Made by a program: the position numbers and the translations under genes. Below, in pieces: positions 11,876-21,963 of a stretch of DNA of 64,000 nucleotides. This DNA is from Endomicrobiia bacterium. Its GTDB lineage: Bacteria > Elusimicrobiota > Endomicrobiia > DTEH01. The notes under the pieces are model-generated. The model searched no databases, was not told the origin of the DNA, and saw nothing but the letters and a program-made list of their open reading frames with translations. The stretch spans positions 17,543 to 81,542 of the forward strand of contig JBCNUU010000006.1 of NCBI GenBank assembly GCA_039630545.1. The letters run 5' to 3'. Each line of letters opens with the position of its first letter. Within the stretch, counting starts at the first letter, position 1.

Positions 11876-12311
11876 AGTATTGGATTAAAGGATTTAAAAA
11901 AATTTTTTCTAAAATTTCTTTTACATATTTTTCTTTTATTGCTGGTTCTAAAATAAGTTGGGTTCCAGAATGAACTTCAATTGATTTATTTATACCTAAA
12001 TATCTTACTGCGTTAGAAATTGTATTCGCCACTACATCCAGTACAGCCGGTTTATACCATATATTAATAATTGTTTTGTCGTTATTTTCTTTTTTTTGTT
12101 TCTTCTTTTTAACTTTATAATTTTCTAAAAAAGGGTCTACAAGTAAAGTTTCTACAATAAAAGTTATTTCTGAATCATTAACTCCTGAAAATGAATAAAT
12201 CTTATTTATATTCATTCTATGTATTTTTACAGGACTTATTGTGTTTATCTCGTTAATAAGGTCTTTATAGTCTTTATTTTTAGGGATAATCTCAACTATG
12301 TATTTTTCCAT
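11862..12311 (-). CDS. purS: PurS-like protein, apparently a tandem double PurS domain
   Basis: 149 aa, about twice the usual PurS length. Second half resembles PurS (IINIWYKPAVLDVVANTISNAVRYLGINKSIEVHSGTQLILE). Overlaps the purL start by 14 nt. Confidence 0.6.
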   Translation of the reverse strand: MEKYIVEIIPKNKDYKDLINEINTISPVKIHRMNINKIYSFSGVNDSEITFIVETLLVDPFLENYKVKKKKQKKENNDKTIINIWYKPAVLDVVANTISNAVRYLGINKSIEVHSGTQLILEPAIKEKYVKEILEKIFLNPLIQYYEIL

Positions 12312-12320
12312 ATTTTAAAA

Positions 12321-14171
12321 CTACAAGTTACTATAAATAGTTTTTAAAATTTTTTCTTCTGTTAAACCAACTAAATCATCTAATATGTGTTTATCACCGA
12401 AAGTAATAAATTTATCAGGTAATGAAATCGGAATAACTTTTGTCTTGCAATGGTTTTTAGTTATATATTCACTAACTGCTGAAAATAAACCTCCTATAAT
12501 AGAGTTTTCTTCTACAGTTACAACTACTACATCTTCTTTACAAACTTTTTCTAATAATGCTTCATCAAGAGGTTTAACAAATCTCATGTTTACAACACTA
12601 CATTCACAATCTAGTTTATCTACAATTTTAATTATTCTGTAAATCAAAGGACCAACACAAAGAAATACTATCTTTGAATTGTGTGTGTATTTTTCTATAC
12701 AAGCTTTGCCTGGGTCTATTTTATGAAAATTTTCAAAATCTACAAAAGTATCTGGGATGTAATCTCTTGGATATCTTATCGCAACAGGTCCATTTATGTA
12801 TTCCACAGCAGTATAAAACATGTCTTTAAGTTCTTCTCCATTCTTTGGAACCATAATGGTCATATTTGGTATAAATCTCAAATAAGATAAATCAAAACTT
12901 CCGTGATGAGTGGGTCCATCTTTGCCAACTAGTCCTGCTCTATCAATCATAAACACAACATGTAAATTCTGTAAAGCAACATCATGAATAATTTGATCCA
13001 GTGATCTTTGTAGAAAAGTTGAATAAATAGCACATACAGGAATAAAACCACCTCTTGCAAGTCCACAAGCAAACGAAACAGCATGTTCCTCCGCAATACC
13101 TACATCAAAAAATCTATTTCTAAAAACTTCAGAAAACTCTTCAAGTCCACATCCTTCAGTCATAGCAGCTGTAATACCAACTATTTTTGGATTTCTTTTA
13201 GCTAAATTAATGATTGATTTTGAAAATACATCAGTAAATGTTATTTTTTCACTTTTAATTTCTTCTCCGGTTTCAATTACAAAAGGGACTACTCCATGAT
13301 ATTTTTCAGGCTTTTTTTCTGCAGGTTTATAACCTTTACCTTTTTTTGTAACAACATGTACTACAACTGGCCCTTTGAAATTTTTTATATTTTTAAATAC
13401 TTCGCACAGCTCCTTAATATCATGACCATCTACAGGTCCAACATACGCAAACCCCATTTCTTCAAATAACATTCCAGGAAATAACAGAAGTTTAAAACGT
13501 TTAGCCACTCTAAGTAGTATCTGACCTATATATTTAAGTCGTCTTAAAAATTTATCTATTCTGCTTTCAATTTTTTTTACTAAACCTAAAGTAAACAATC
13601 TCACTAACATTTTAGCAATAGCACCAACACTTTTGGAAATAAACATAGCGTTATCATTTAAAACTACTATAAAATCATAACCTAAATGTCCGGCACAGTT
13701 AAGCCCTTCATAGGTTAACCCTCCACTTAAAGAACCATCTCCAATAACTGCTATAACTTTGTAATCTTCCCTGTTTATTTCTCTGGCTGCCACTAGACCT
13801 AAAGCGGTAGATATAGCTGTTGAAGCATGTCCAACAGTGAATATATCATACTCTGATTCATCCTTATTTGTAAATCCACTTATACCTCCGTATTGTCTTA
13901 ATGTTGGAAATTTATTTTTTCTGCCGGTAAGTATTTTGTGAGTATAGGTTTGATGTCCAACATCCCACACGATCTTATCATTTGGCATATCAAAAGTGTA
14001 ATGTAAAGCCACAGTAAGTTCAACAGCTCCTAAATTGGAGGCAAGATGTCCACCCGTTTTTGAAACAGTTTCAATAATGTATTCTCTTATCTCTTCGGCT
14101 AATTTTTTAAGTTCTGAATAATTTAAAGTTTTAATGTCTTTAGGATACTCTACTTTATCTAAAATTCTCAT
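12321..14171 (-). CDS. dxs: 1-deoxy-D-xylulose-5-phosphate synthase
   Basis: 616 aa; TPP-binding motifs (GHLASNLGAVELTVALHYTF, GDGSLSGG) and transketolase-like C-terminal domains. Confidence 0.95.
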   Translation of the reverse strand: MRILDKVEYPKDIKTLNYSELKKLAEEIREYIIETVSKTGGHLASNLGAVELTVALHYTFDMPNDKIVWDVGHQTYTHKILTGRKNKFPTLRQYGGISGFTNKDESEYDIFTVGHASTAISTALGLVAAREINREDYKVIAVIGDGSLSGGLTYEGLNCAGHLGYDFIVVLNDNAMFISKSVGAIAKMLVRLFTLGLVKKIESRIDKFLRRLKYIGQILLRVAKRFKLLLFPGMLFEEMGFAYVGPVDGHDIKELCEVFKNIKNFKGPVVVHVVTKKGKGYKPAEKKPEKYHGVVPFVIETGEEIKSEKITFTDVFSKSIINLAKRNPKIVGITAAMTEGCGLEEFSEVFRNRFFDVGIAEEHAVSFACGLARGGFIPVCAIYSTFLQRSLDQIIHDVALQNLHVVFMIDRAGLVGKDGPTHHGSFDLSYLRFIPNMTIMVPKNGEELKDMFYTAVEYINGPVAIRYPRDYIPDTFVDFENFHKIDPGKACIEKYTHNSKIVFLCVGPLIYRIIKIVDKLDCECSVVNMRFVKPLDEALLEKVCKEDVVVVTVEENSIIGGLFSAVSEYITKNHCKTKVIPISLPDKFITFGDKHILDDLVGLTEEKILKTIYSNL

Positions 14172-15058
14172 ACGGTCCTTGTTGAAATTTTTTCAATTAA
14201 GTATTTTAAGTAACCATTATTTTTGCTAAATTCTTTATCAATTTTACAAATTATATCTTTTTTAAGCTGTTCAATAAAATTTTTTGTTCCATTAATTCCT
14301 ATTAGTGAAGGATAACACAAACTTTCTTTATCCTGGCCAGAAAGAAAATCAATTAAATCGTCAGTTACTTGAAAAAGAAGACCAATTTTTTTTCCTATTT
14401 CTTTCAAGATTTTTATCTTTTTATTATCAAGAGAAGCAACAAAAGCAGGAATTGTTACCGCAGCTTCTATTAACTTCGCTGTTTTATTTATACTTAAATC
14501 TCTTATATATAGAGAAAGGAATTTTTTATTTTTACCTAAAAACTTTTTACTTTCTAAGTCCATAAGTTGTCCTTTTATAAGTCCATTAAGTCCAGCATAG
14601 TTAGACACCAATTTTATAGACTTTATGACAATATCCTGATCTTTTTTCCAATCAGATAAAATCTCAAAAGATAAAGTTAAAAGCCCATCCCCTGTAAGCA
14701 CAGCATCTGATTCGGAAAATTTTTTATGAAGAGCAAGTCTACCTCTGCGGTAATCATCGTTATCCATACAAGGTAGATCATCATGTATAAGTGAGTAGTT
14801 ATGTATTAACTCTATACAGCAGGCAGGATAAAGAACTTCTGCTTTTTTTATTCCTAACATTTCAGCCGAACTAAACATTAAAGCAGGTCTTATATACTTG
14901 CCGGAAGGAAATAAAGGATATAAAACGATTCTTTTATACTTGTACTGAAGACCATCTAAATATTTTTCTAATATTTTCTTAAAGTTTCTTTCAAACCATA
15001 TTCTATCTTCTTTGAATTTTTTTTCAAAATGGAAGTTCATCATCGGTGTCTTCTTCAT
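14168..15058 (-). CDS. ispA: Polyprenyl (farnesyl/geranylgeranyl) diphosphate synthase
   Basis: 296 aa; first Asp-rich motif LIHDDLPCMDNDDYRRG and second motif QVTDDLID. Confidence 0.92.
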   Translation of the reverse strand: MKKTPMMNFHFEKKFKEDRIWFERNFKKILEKYLDGLQYKYKRIVLYPLFPSGKYIRPALMFSSAEMLGIKKAEVLYPACCIELIHNYSLIHDDLPCMDNDDYRRGRLALHKKFSESDAVLTGDGLLTLSFEILSDWKKDQDIVIKSIKLVSNYAGLNGLIKGQLMDLESKKFLGKNKKFLSLYIRDLSINKTAKLIEAAVTIPAFVASLDNKKIKILKEIGKKIGLLFQVTDDLIDFLSGQDKESLCYPSLIGINGTKNFIEQLKKDIICKIDKEFSKNNGYLKYLIEKISTRTV

Positions 15059-15341
15059 CTTCTTTATTTTTAAAGTTAAAATTTTTGTTATTCAGTTCTT
15101 CATCTTTTTTATCTAAAAATGGCTTAAGTGTAAAACCTTCTTTTGTTCTTATTACTATTTCTACTTTGTGTTTCACCTCTTCTAATTTCTGATTACAAAA
15201 ATTTACCAATTCCATACCTTCTTGAAAAAGGTTAATAGTCTCTTCAAGTGGAACATCTGAAGTTTCCAATTTTGTAACTATTTCTTCAAGTCTTTTTAAT
15301 GCTTCTTCAAAATTATATTTTTCTTTTCTATTTTTTTCCAT
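15024..15341 (-). CDS. xseB: Exodeoxyribonuclease VII small subunit with an acidic C-terminal tail
   Basis: 105 aa; FEEALKRLEEIVTKLETSDVPLEETINLFQEGMEL matches the XseB core. Conserved xseB-ispA-dxs order. Confidence 0.88.
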   Translation of the reverse strand: MEKNRKEKYNFEEALKRLEEIVTKLETSDVPLEETINLFQEGMELVNFCNQKLEEVKHKVEIVIRTKEGFTLKPFLDKKDEELNNKNFNFKNKEDEEDTDDELPF

Positions 15342-15354
15342 AAATTTCTCCTTC

Positions 15355-15774
15355 TTAATAACTTTCTTTTATTATTTTTATAAGTTCTTTATCTGATTTA
15401 TAGGTAAGAATGTCTTCCACATTTTTTATTTCATACCACAATACTTCTTCCACCTCTTTACTTTTTATTTGTTTAACACTTATTGGTTCCATTAAATACC
15501 AGCATACATTTTTATGAATTTTTTTCCCATCTTCTATAAACCAATATTCTACATCTTTTATTTTCTTTATTATTTTTGCCTCTACACCAGTTTCTTCTTT
15601 TACTTCTCTTAAAGCGGCAGCTTCTGGAGTTTCTTCTTTTTCAATATGGCCTTTGGGAAAAGTGTAGACAGTTTCTCCTTTCAAATTTTTAGTTTTTATC
15701 ACAAGAACTTTATTTTTATCTATAACTACTCCGCCAGCTGAAAACTCAAAACTTACTTTTTTTTCCTTATTCAT
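15355..15774 (-). CDS. NUDIX hydrolase
   Basis: 139 aa; Nudix box GHIEKEETPEAAALREVKEETGV. Confidence 0.88.
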   Translation of the reverse strand: MNKEKKVSFEFSAGGVVIDKNKVLVIKTKNLKGETVYTFPKGHIEKEETPEAAALREVKEETGVEAKIIKKIKDVEYWFIEDGKKIHKNVCWYLMEPISVKQIKSKEVEEVLWYEIKNVEDILTYKSDKELIKIIKESY

Positions 15775-16270
15775 ATATCTTTATCACATCCTGGAGTGAT
15801 TTTTTGTTTATTTTCTTCACATTTTCAAGTTCTTTTTCCTCAGGATAACCTAGGGAAATCAAACTTACTAATTTATATTTATTGTCTACTTTAAGAAGTT
15901 CTTTTATTTTCTCAGCATAAACTTTTTTGTCACCTGCTACCCAGCAACTCCCTATTCCATAACACCATGCTGCCAAAAGAATATTTTGTGTAGCTGCACA
16001 ACCATCTTCTAAATAATACTTTGTATCTTCACAAAATACTACAATGCAACAATAAGCATCTTTGATAAACTTTCCATAATCTGTAATTTCAGCTATTTGG
16101 TTTTTTATTTCTTTGTTTTTAACAACAACAAATAACCATGGTTGTTTATTATTTGCAGAAGGTGCTAATCTTGCACAATCTAAGATTTCTTTTATAATAT
16201 TATCGGGTATAGGTTTGTTAGTGTATCTTCTTATACTTCTTCTTGTTTTTATTACTTCTAATATGCTCAT
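15767..16270 (-). CDS. Nitroreductase-family protein
   Basis: 167 aa; RRSIRRY...LAPSANNKQPW motif. Confidence 0.85.
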   Translation of the reverse strand: MSILEVIKTRRSIRRYTNKPIPDNIIKEILDCARLAPSANNKQPWLFVVVKNKEIKNQIAEITDYGKFIKDAYCCIVVFCEDTKYYLEDGCAATQNILLAAWCYGIGSCWVAGDKKVYAEKIKELLKVDNKYKLVSLISLGYPEEKELENVKKINKKSLQDVIKIYE

Positions 16271-16293
16271 ACAATTAAAATTTAAACTTTTAT

Positions 16294-17436
16294 TTAGAGT
16301 AAAATTATCATAAGAAACAAAGCAATCAAGCCCGTAAAACTCCCGAACAAAAATGGAGCACCCACACCAATACTATCCCATAAAAATCCTGCTATTGTGC
16401 TTGCAAAAAAAAGCATAAAACCTCCTACAGTTGAATGTGTACCTAAAACTGTAGCTTTATATTCCGGAGGTGAAATTTCTGCTAAAAATGCTTTCTCTTG
16501 TCCTTCTACAATAGCTATATAAATACCATATACTACAAATAAGATCCAGATAAGGTCAGGTTTTTTTATAGCAAAAAATCCAAAATATACAAAAGAGTAA
16601 ATTAAGTAGCCTAATATTATTGTTGTTTTTTTACCAATTTTATCTCCCAGAATACCTGCTGGGTAAGAAAAAATAGTATAAGATATATTGTATATTAAAT
16701 AAAGCAAAATTATGTTTAAGTAACTAACACCTAGATGTTTAGCTCTCAAAAGTAAAAATTGATTTGAAGAGTTGCCTAAAGAAAAAATAGCAGAAATAAA
16801 AATATACTTTTTAGCAACTTCAGGTATGTATCTAAAACTAAAAAGTTTGTGTCCCGCTCTTTTAGAAGAAAATTCTTTTTTCTTTGGTTCCTTTACAAAA
16901 AATAGCACAACTACGGCCAAAAACGCAGGAATTAAAGACAAAAGAAAGACTTTTTTAAATGGTACCTCTTCAGGATAAAAATAAAACACAATGTATACCA
17001 CAATCACTCCTAACATAGCTCCAAAAGTATCCATTGCTCTATGTAAACCAAAAACTTTTCCTTTTTTAACATCATCTATAGATTCAGAAATTAAAGCATC
17101 TCTTGGTGCAGTCCTTACACCTTTACCTAATCTATCAACTACTCTTGCTAGCAATACCATAAACCATGTTTTACTTACATATAAAAACATTTTACCAATT
17201 GTAGAAAATGAATATCCAAAAATAGCGAAAGGTTTTCTTTTTTTAAATTTATCTGAAAAACTACCAGAAAAAATTTTAAGAAGATTAGCTACACTTTCTG
17301 CTATGCCTTCTATGATTCCTATAATACTAAATGGGGTATTTAAGGAAGCTAAATAAAGACCCAACAAAGGATAGATCATTTCAGAAGAAACATCGGTTAA
17401 CAAACTAGTAATTCCTAAAAGAATTATGTTTTTCAT
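16294..17436 (-). CDS. MFS transporter
   Basis: 380 aa; about 12 predicted TM segments, MFS-like loop motif (RVVDRLGKGVRTAPRDALISE). Confidence 0.8.
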   Translation of the reverse strand: MKNIILLGITSLLTDVSSEMIYPLLGLYLASLNTPFSIIGIIEGIAESVANLLKIFSGSFSDKFKKRKPFAIFGYSFSTIGKMFLYVSKTWFMVLLARVVDRLGKGVRTAPRDALISESIDDVKKGKVFGLHRAMDTFGAMLGVIVVYIVFYFYPEEVPFKKVFLLSLIPAFLAVVVLFFVKEPKKKEFSSKRAGHKLFSFRYIPEVAKKYIFISAIFSLGNSSNQFLLLRAKHLGVSYLNIILLYLIYNISYTIFSYPAGILGDKIGKKTTIILGYLIYSFVYFGFFAIKKPDLIWILFVVYGIYIAIVEGQEKAFLAEISPPEYKATVLGTHSTVGGFMLFFASTIAGFLWDSIGVGAPFLFGSFTGLIALFLMIILL

Positions 17437-17478
17437 AATAAATTTTATTCTATAATATTTTTACTTAAAATTAAAGTG

Positions 17479-17507
17479 TTGAAAAAGCTAAAAGTTTTTG
17501 ATAGAAT
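17479..17507 (+). promoter_or_regulatory. Candidate sigma70-type promoter (TTGAAA-N17-TAGAAT) 8 nt upstream of the radical SAM ATG
   Basis: Hexamers read directly: TTGAAA 17479-17484, TAGAAT 17502-17507. AT-rich background makes false positives likely. Confidence 0.25.
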
Positions 17508-17515
17508 TTTCAGAA

Positions 17516-18868
17516 ATGAAAATTATACTAATAAATCCTCCTGTATATGACTTTAGTGCATATGATGTGTGGATCAAACCGTTAGGAATTCTTTATCTTT
17601 CTAACATATTAAAGAAACATAACTTTGAAATTGTACTGTTAGATTGTTTAGACAGAAACTTTTTTTTAGATAAGCCAGTAAAGGAAAACGGCACTGGAAA
17701 ATACCCCTATGAAGTTGTTCAAAAACCTTCTGTTTTAAGCAATATCCCCTTAAGATACAAAAGATACGGAGTAAGTAAAAAGATAATTGAAGATTTTCTA
17801 TTAACACATAAAGACGCCAGGTATGTAATAGTTACTTCCTGCATGAGTTACTGGTATTTAGGAGTAGAGGAGATAATAGATACTGTAAAGAGACTTCTTC
17901 CAGAAAGCAAAATAATTCTCGGAGGAACTTATCCTGTAATCATGCCTGAGCACGCTAAGAGTTTATTCTCATCTAAAGTAGCTCTAATATCATGCAAGCC
18001 AGGCTTTTATGAAGTGCTAGATTATCTTGATATTCCTGAAAAGGAATACTATAATTCTTTTGAAAACTTTCCTGCCCCAGATTATACATTGTATAAAAGA
18101 GTATGGTATGTTGTTTTAAGGTTATCTTATGGATGTGGAAATAGATGCACATATTGTGCAACAGGAAGTATATTTTCAGATTATCAAGTCAAAGATATAA
18201 AAAAAGTAGTAAAGGAAATAATAGAACTTTACAATCTTACAAATTGTCAAAATTTTGTATTTTATGATGACTATCTTCCGATTAACAAAAGATATTTTTT
18301 AGATTTGTTTAAAGAATTATCTAAATTAAATCTGAAAATTAAATTTTTTACTCCAAATGGTATAAATCCTAAATTAATCTCAAAGGAAACAGCAATTCTT
18401 CTAAAACAACTTAATTTTATAGATCCCAGACTCAGCTTGGAAACAGTTTCTAATTTAACACATAATTTAGTAGACAAAAAAGTTTTTCTTAAAGATTTTG
18501 AAGAAGCTCTTAAAAATTTAGTTCTTGCCGGATATAACCCAAATGAAATATCGGTATACTTGTTAGCTGGATTACCAGGTGAAACTATAGAAGATGTTTA
18601 TAACTCAATAAATATTATGTCTGCATATAAAGTAAGAATTAGACTTAGTGAATTATCTATTGTGCCTAAAAGCAAGTTGTTTTATGATTTAAATCTTGAT
18701 GAAACAGTGGATCCACTTCTTTATAACAACACTATATTTTTATTTCATGGAATTCCTGGTAAAATAAAACCATGGTGCAACTTTGAAGAAATGCAACAGC
18801 TTAAAAACCATGTAAAAGAAATAAATTCAAAAATTAATGTTTTGGATTTTAAAGAAAGTTATGTTTGA
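17516..18868 (+). CDS. Radical SAM protein with N-terminal B12-binding-like domain (class B), unknown substrate
   Basis: CxxxCxxC cluster motif GCGNRCTYCATG; Rossmann-like N-terminus (KIILINPPVYDF...KPLGILYL). Track start 17498 is a TTG; ATG at 17516 preferred. Confidence 0.8.
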   Translation: MKIILINPPVYDFSAYDVWIKPLGILYLSNILKKHNFEIVLLDCLDRNFFLDKPVKENGTGKYPYEVVQKPSVLSNIPLRYKRYGVSKKIIEDFLLTHKDARYVIVTSCMSYWYLGVEEIIDTVKRLLPESKIILGGTYPVIMPEHAKSLFSSKVALISCKPGFYEVLDYLDIPEKEYYNSFENFPAPDYTLYKRVWYVVLRLSYGCGNRCTYCATGSIFSDYQVKDIKKVVKEIIELYNLTNCQNFVFYDDYLPINKRYFLDLFKELSKLNLKIKFFTPNGINPKLISKETAILLKQLNFIDPRLSLETVSNLTHNLVDKKVFLKDFEEALKNLVLAGYNPNEISVYLLAGLPGETIEDVYNSINIMSAYKVRIRLSELSIVPKSKLFYDLNLDETVDPLLYNNTIFLFHGIPGKIKPWCNFEEMQQLKNHVKEINSKINVLDFKESYV

Positions 18869-19625
18869 TACTCACTCCCATTTATTTGACAAAAAAATTC
18901 TTCCACAACTGGATATTATTCTTCAACAAATAAATTCTTTAAATTTCTTAGGTGTAATCTGCATCTGTGAAAATGAAAAAGATATAGAATATTTCTTAAA
19001 ATATTACTTAAAGTATAATTTTCTTTATTGTAGTATTGGCATTCATCCTCATAATGCTAAAAACTTTAATGAAAAAAACTTTTTATATATGTTTGAAACA
19101 TTAAAAAAAACTCAAAGGTTAGTTGCCATAGGAGAAACAGGTCTTGATTTTTATTACAACTTCTCTGACAAGGAAACACAACTAAGATGCTTTTATTTTC
19201 AACTTAAATTTGCTAAGAGCCAAAATTTACCTGTTATAATACATTCAAGAAACAGCAAACTTATCACTTATAACATTCTTAAAGAAGAAAATATCACTAA
19301 AGGAATTATTCATTGTTTTAGTGAGGATACTGAGTACGCAAAGAAGTTTGTAGAATTAGGATTTCTTTTAGGAATAACTGGAATTATTACATTTGAAAAG
19401 TCAACCAGTTTAAAAGAAACTTTGAAATCTATAAGTATATCTGATATCGTTGTGGAAACAGATTCTCCATATTTAACTCCGCATCCTTATAGAGGAAGGC
19501 CAAACAATCCATTGTATCTAAAATATATACTTCAAGAAATAGAAAAAATAAAAGGTAGTTCATTTGATGAGATAGAAAAAATAACTGATAGGAATGCTTT
19601 AAGAGTTTTCAATTTAATACAATGA
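18861..19625 (+). CDS. tatD: TatD-family metal-dependent hydrolase
   Basis: MFDTHSHL...IGETGLDFYY...IIHSR motifs. Start taken at the second Met (18861), overlapping the radical SAM stop. Confidence 0.88.
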   Translation: MFDTHSHLFDKKILPQLDIILQQINSLNFLGVICICENEKDIEYFLKYYLKYNFLYCSIGIHPHNAKNFNEKNFLYMFETLKKTQRLVAIGETGLDFYYNFSDKETQLRCFYFQLKFAKSQNLPVIIHSRNSKLITYNILKEENITKGIIHCFSEDTEYAKKFVELGFLLGITGIITFEKSTSLKETLKSISISDIVVETDSPYLTPHPYRGRPNNPLYLKYILQEIEKIKGSSFDEIEKITDRNALRVFNLIQ

Positions 19626-21775
19626 AGAACAAAATCTTTCTATTATTAATTTTTATTCTGTCTTTGATTTTCTTTTCAGATATAATATTCAAAGATAAAA
19701 CATTTTTTCAAAGAGATATAATTCTACAATTTAAACCCTGGAAAGTTTATATAAAAAACTGCTTGGGTAAAATTGACTCAAAAGACTATCTGGATTTTCT
19801 TCCTTTATGGAATCCCTACAACCATTGTGGCACTCCTTTTATAAGCAACATTCAATCTCAGATCTTTTATCCATTAAGTATTATTTTTTACCTATTCAAT
19901 AGTTTTGAAGTCGCATTTAAAATTTTTATAATTTTTCATATAATTCTAGCAGGATTTTTTATGTTTTTGTTTTTAAAAAATAGAAATCTAAACTTCATAA
20001 GTTGTATTGCTGGCAGCATCGTATGGTGTTTTAACGGATATATTATATCAAGAATTGAATTTTTAAGTGTTTTTAGTTCTATAATATGGCTACCTTTAAT
20101 TATTTTTTTGATTGATAAATTTCCATATACATTCTCTTTATCTCATGTTATATACTTATCTTTCGCAATGGCTTTTAAGTTTTTAGCTGGACACACACAG
20201 ATATGGTTTTATGCTATGTGCTTTTGTGTGATGTATGTTATTTTTTTAAGTATTATAAGACAAAACAAAACAATAGTGTTTATGTTTGCGCTAAGTGTTG
20301 GCCTTTCTTTGGTTTTTTGTTGTATTCAGTTTTTGCCAACCTTAGAATTTGTTCTCCATTCCACAAGAGGAGGATTTGAAATTAAAAAATTTGGAATGGA
20401 TTTTAAAGAATCTGCAACCTATTCTTTAAAATTCTCTCATCTTATAAATTTTATTTATCCTTTTTACTGGCAGGTTAATCCTGAGGTGTTTAATATAAAA
20501 AATTCAATTAAAATTTTAAATTTACCTAATTACTGGATATATACCTTTTATGTAGGAGTAATAACCATTTTTTTGTCTGTATTTTATTTTTTTAGTAGAA
20601 GAGATATTAAAGAAAAAATTTTCCTGTTATTCAGTTTTATTTTTTTTATAACTTATGCACTTGGAGAAAATTTTTGGCTTTATGGTTTTTTATATGAAAT
20701 ATTTCCAGTTGTAAGAATTTTCCGATATCCTGCTACTGCTAGTTATATTCCGGTTTTTGTGTTTTGTATTTTGTGTTCTTTTGGTTTAGATATTTTAGTT
20801 TCTTTTATTAAAAATGAAAAAATTAAAAAAATTTTATACTTATTGCCTGCTTTAATATTTTTAGAGTTAGTATATTATAGCAAAAAAATAACAATTACTT
20901 TACCTTCTAAAATCCTTTATGAAAAAGCCTCAACAATAGACTTTTTGTTAAAATTAAAAGACATAAACCTCTACAGAATAGCTTTAACTCCGAAAACTCA
21001 AGTTTTAGCAAGGAGTGTTTCTTCTAAAAATTTATATGAAGCAATAAAAACCTACAGGGATAATCTATTAGGAAACATAAATCTTGACTACTTTATTTAT
21101 AATTTTAGAGGTCAGGATATAGAACTTAAAAATTTTTTTGATTTTATCGATCTGGTGTATAAAAGAAAATCACTGGATGAAGCTCTTCCATTTTTTTCTA
21201 TATCCAATGTTAAATATATTCTATCTTCAGAATATCAGAGTACAAAATTTTGTAATTTAATTTCTAATAGAAGTAACATGAAAATATACGAAAATCCATT
21301 TGCTTTAAAAAAAGTATATTTTGTAAACAAGTATATTCTTGAAACTGATTTAGAAAAATCTAAAGAAATAATGCAAAATATAGCTAAAAACTTAAATGAA
21401 ATCGTAATAATTCATACTAAAGAACAATTTAAAATAAATTCTTTAAACAAAAAAGCAAAATATTATATAAAAAATATAAATTCTGAAAACAACAAAATTT
21501 TTATAGAAATAGACAATCCCACAGATGGATTTTTGGTTTTTTCTCAAAATTTTTACCCTGGATGGAAGTGTTATTTAAATGGCTGCTTAGAGAAGATTTA
21601 TCAATGTAATATATATATGATGTGTGTATATTTGAAAAAAGGTGTAAATCAAGTTATGTTTAAATTTGAACCTGTCAGCTTTAAAATAGGAACGGTTGTT
21701 TCTTTAGTAAGTTTATTATTTAGTTTTCTATTTTTATTTGAAAAAGGAGGTTTAACAAAAAATGAAAGAATGTAA
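19622..21775 (+). CDS. YfhO-like polytopic membrane protein (putative glycosyltransferase of the GT-C type)
   Basis: 717 aa; N-terminal [13 protein letters not shown]...[11 protein letters not shown], many TM helices, large C-terminal extracytoplasmic domain. ATGA overlap with tatD. Confidence 0.65.
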   Translation: MKNKIFLLLIFILSLIFFSDIIFKDKTFFQRDIILQFKPWKVYIKNCLGKIDSKDYLDFLPLWNPYNHCGTPFISNIQSQIFYPLSIIFYLFNSFEVAFKIFIIFHIILAGFFMFLFLKNRNLNFISCIAGSIVWCFNGYIISRIEFLSVFSSIIWLPLIIFLIDKFPYTFSLSHVIYLSFAMAFKFLAGHTQIWFYAMCFCVMYVIFLSIIRQNKTIVFMFALSVGLSLVFCCIQFLPTLEFVLHSTRGGFEIKKFGMDFKESATYSLKFSHLINFIYPFYWQVNPEVFNIKNSIKILNLPNYWIYTFYVGVITIFLSVFYFFSRRDIKEKIFLLFSFIFFITYALGENFWLYGFLYEIFPVVRIFRYPATASYIPVFVFCILCSFGLDILVSFIKNEKIKKILYLLPALIFLELVYYSKKITITLPSKILYEKASTIDFLLKLKDINLYRIALTPKTQVLARSVSSKNLYEAIKTYRDNLLGNINLDYFIYNFRGQDIELKNFFDFIDLVYKRKSLDEALPFFSISNVKYILSSEYQSTKFCNLISNRSNMKIYENPFALKKVYFVNKYILETDLEKSKEIMQNIAKNLNEIVIIHTKEQFKINSLNKKAKYYIKNINSENNKIFIEIDNPTDGFLVFSQNFYPGWKCYLNGCLEKIYQCNIYMMCVYLKKGVNQVMFKFEPVSFKIGTVVSLVSLLFSFLFLFEKGGLTKNERM
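21745..21750 (+). promoter_or_regulatory. Shine-Dalgarno AGGAGG for the small Cys-rich ORF
   Basis: AAAGGAGGT read directly, 11 nt upstream of ATG at 21762, inside the 3-prime end of the YfhO-like gene. Confidence 0.5.
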
Positions 21776-21959
21776 TATTACACAAAATTTAAAATACTGC
21801 ACATGCAGTTATGAACCATGCAGCAGAAAAGGAAGATGTTGTGAGTGTGTTTTATATCACAGAAAAAACGGAGAACTTCCTGGTTGTTTTTTTCCAAAAG
21901 ATAAAGAAAGAACTTACAACAGAAGTATAGAATTTTTTGTTTCTATTTTTAAAAAATAA
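21762..21959 (+). CDS. Small cysteine-rich protein (8 Cys, CCEC motif), unknown function
   Basis: 65 aa [44 protein letters not shown]...; strong SD upstream; overlaps the YfhO-like stop by 14 nt. Confidence 0.6.
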   Translation: MKECNITQNLKYCTCSYEPCSRKGRCCECVLYHRKNGELPGCFFPKDKERTYNRSIEFFVSIFKK

Positions 21960-21963
21960 ATAG

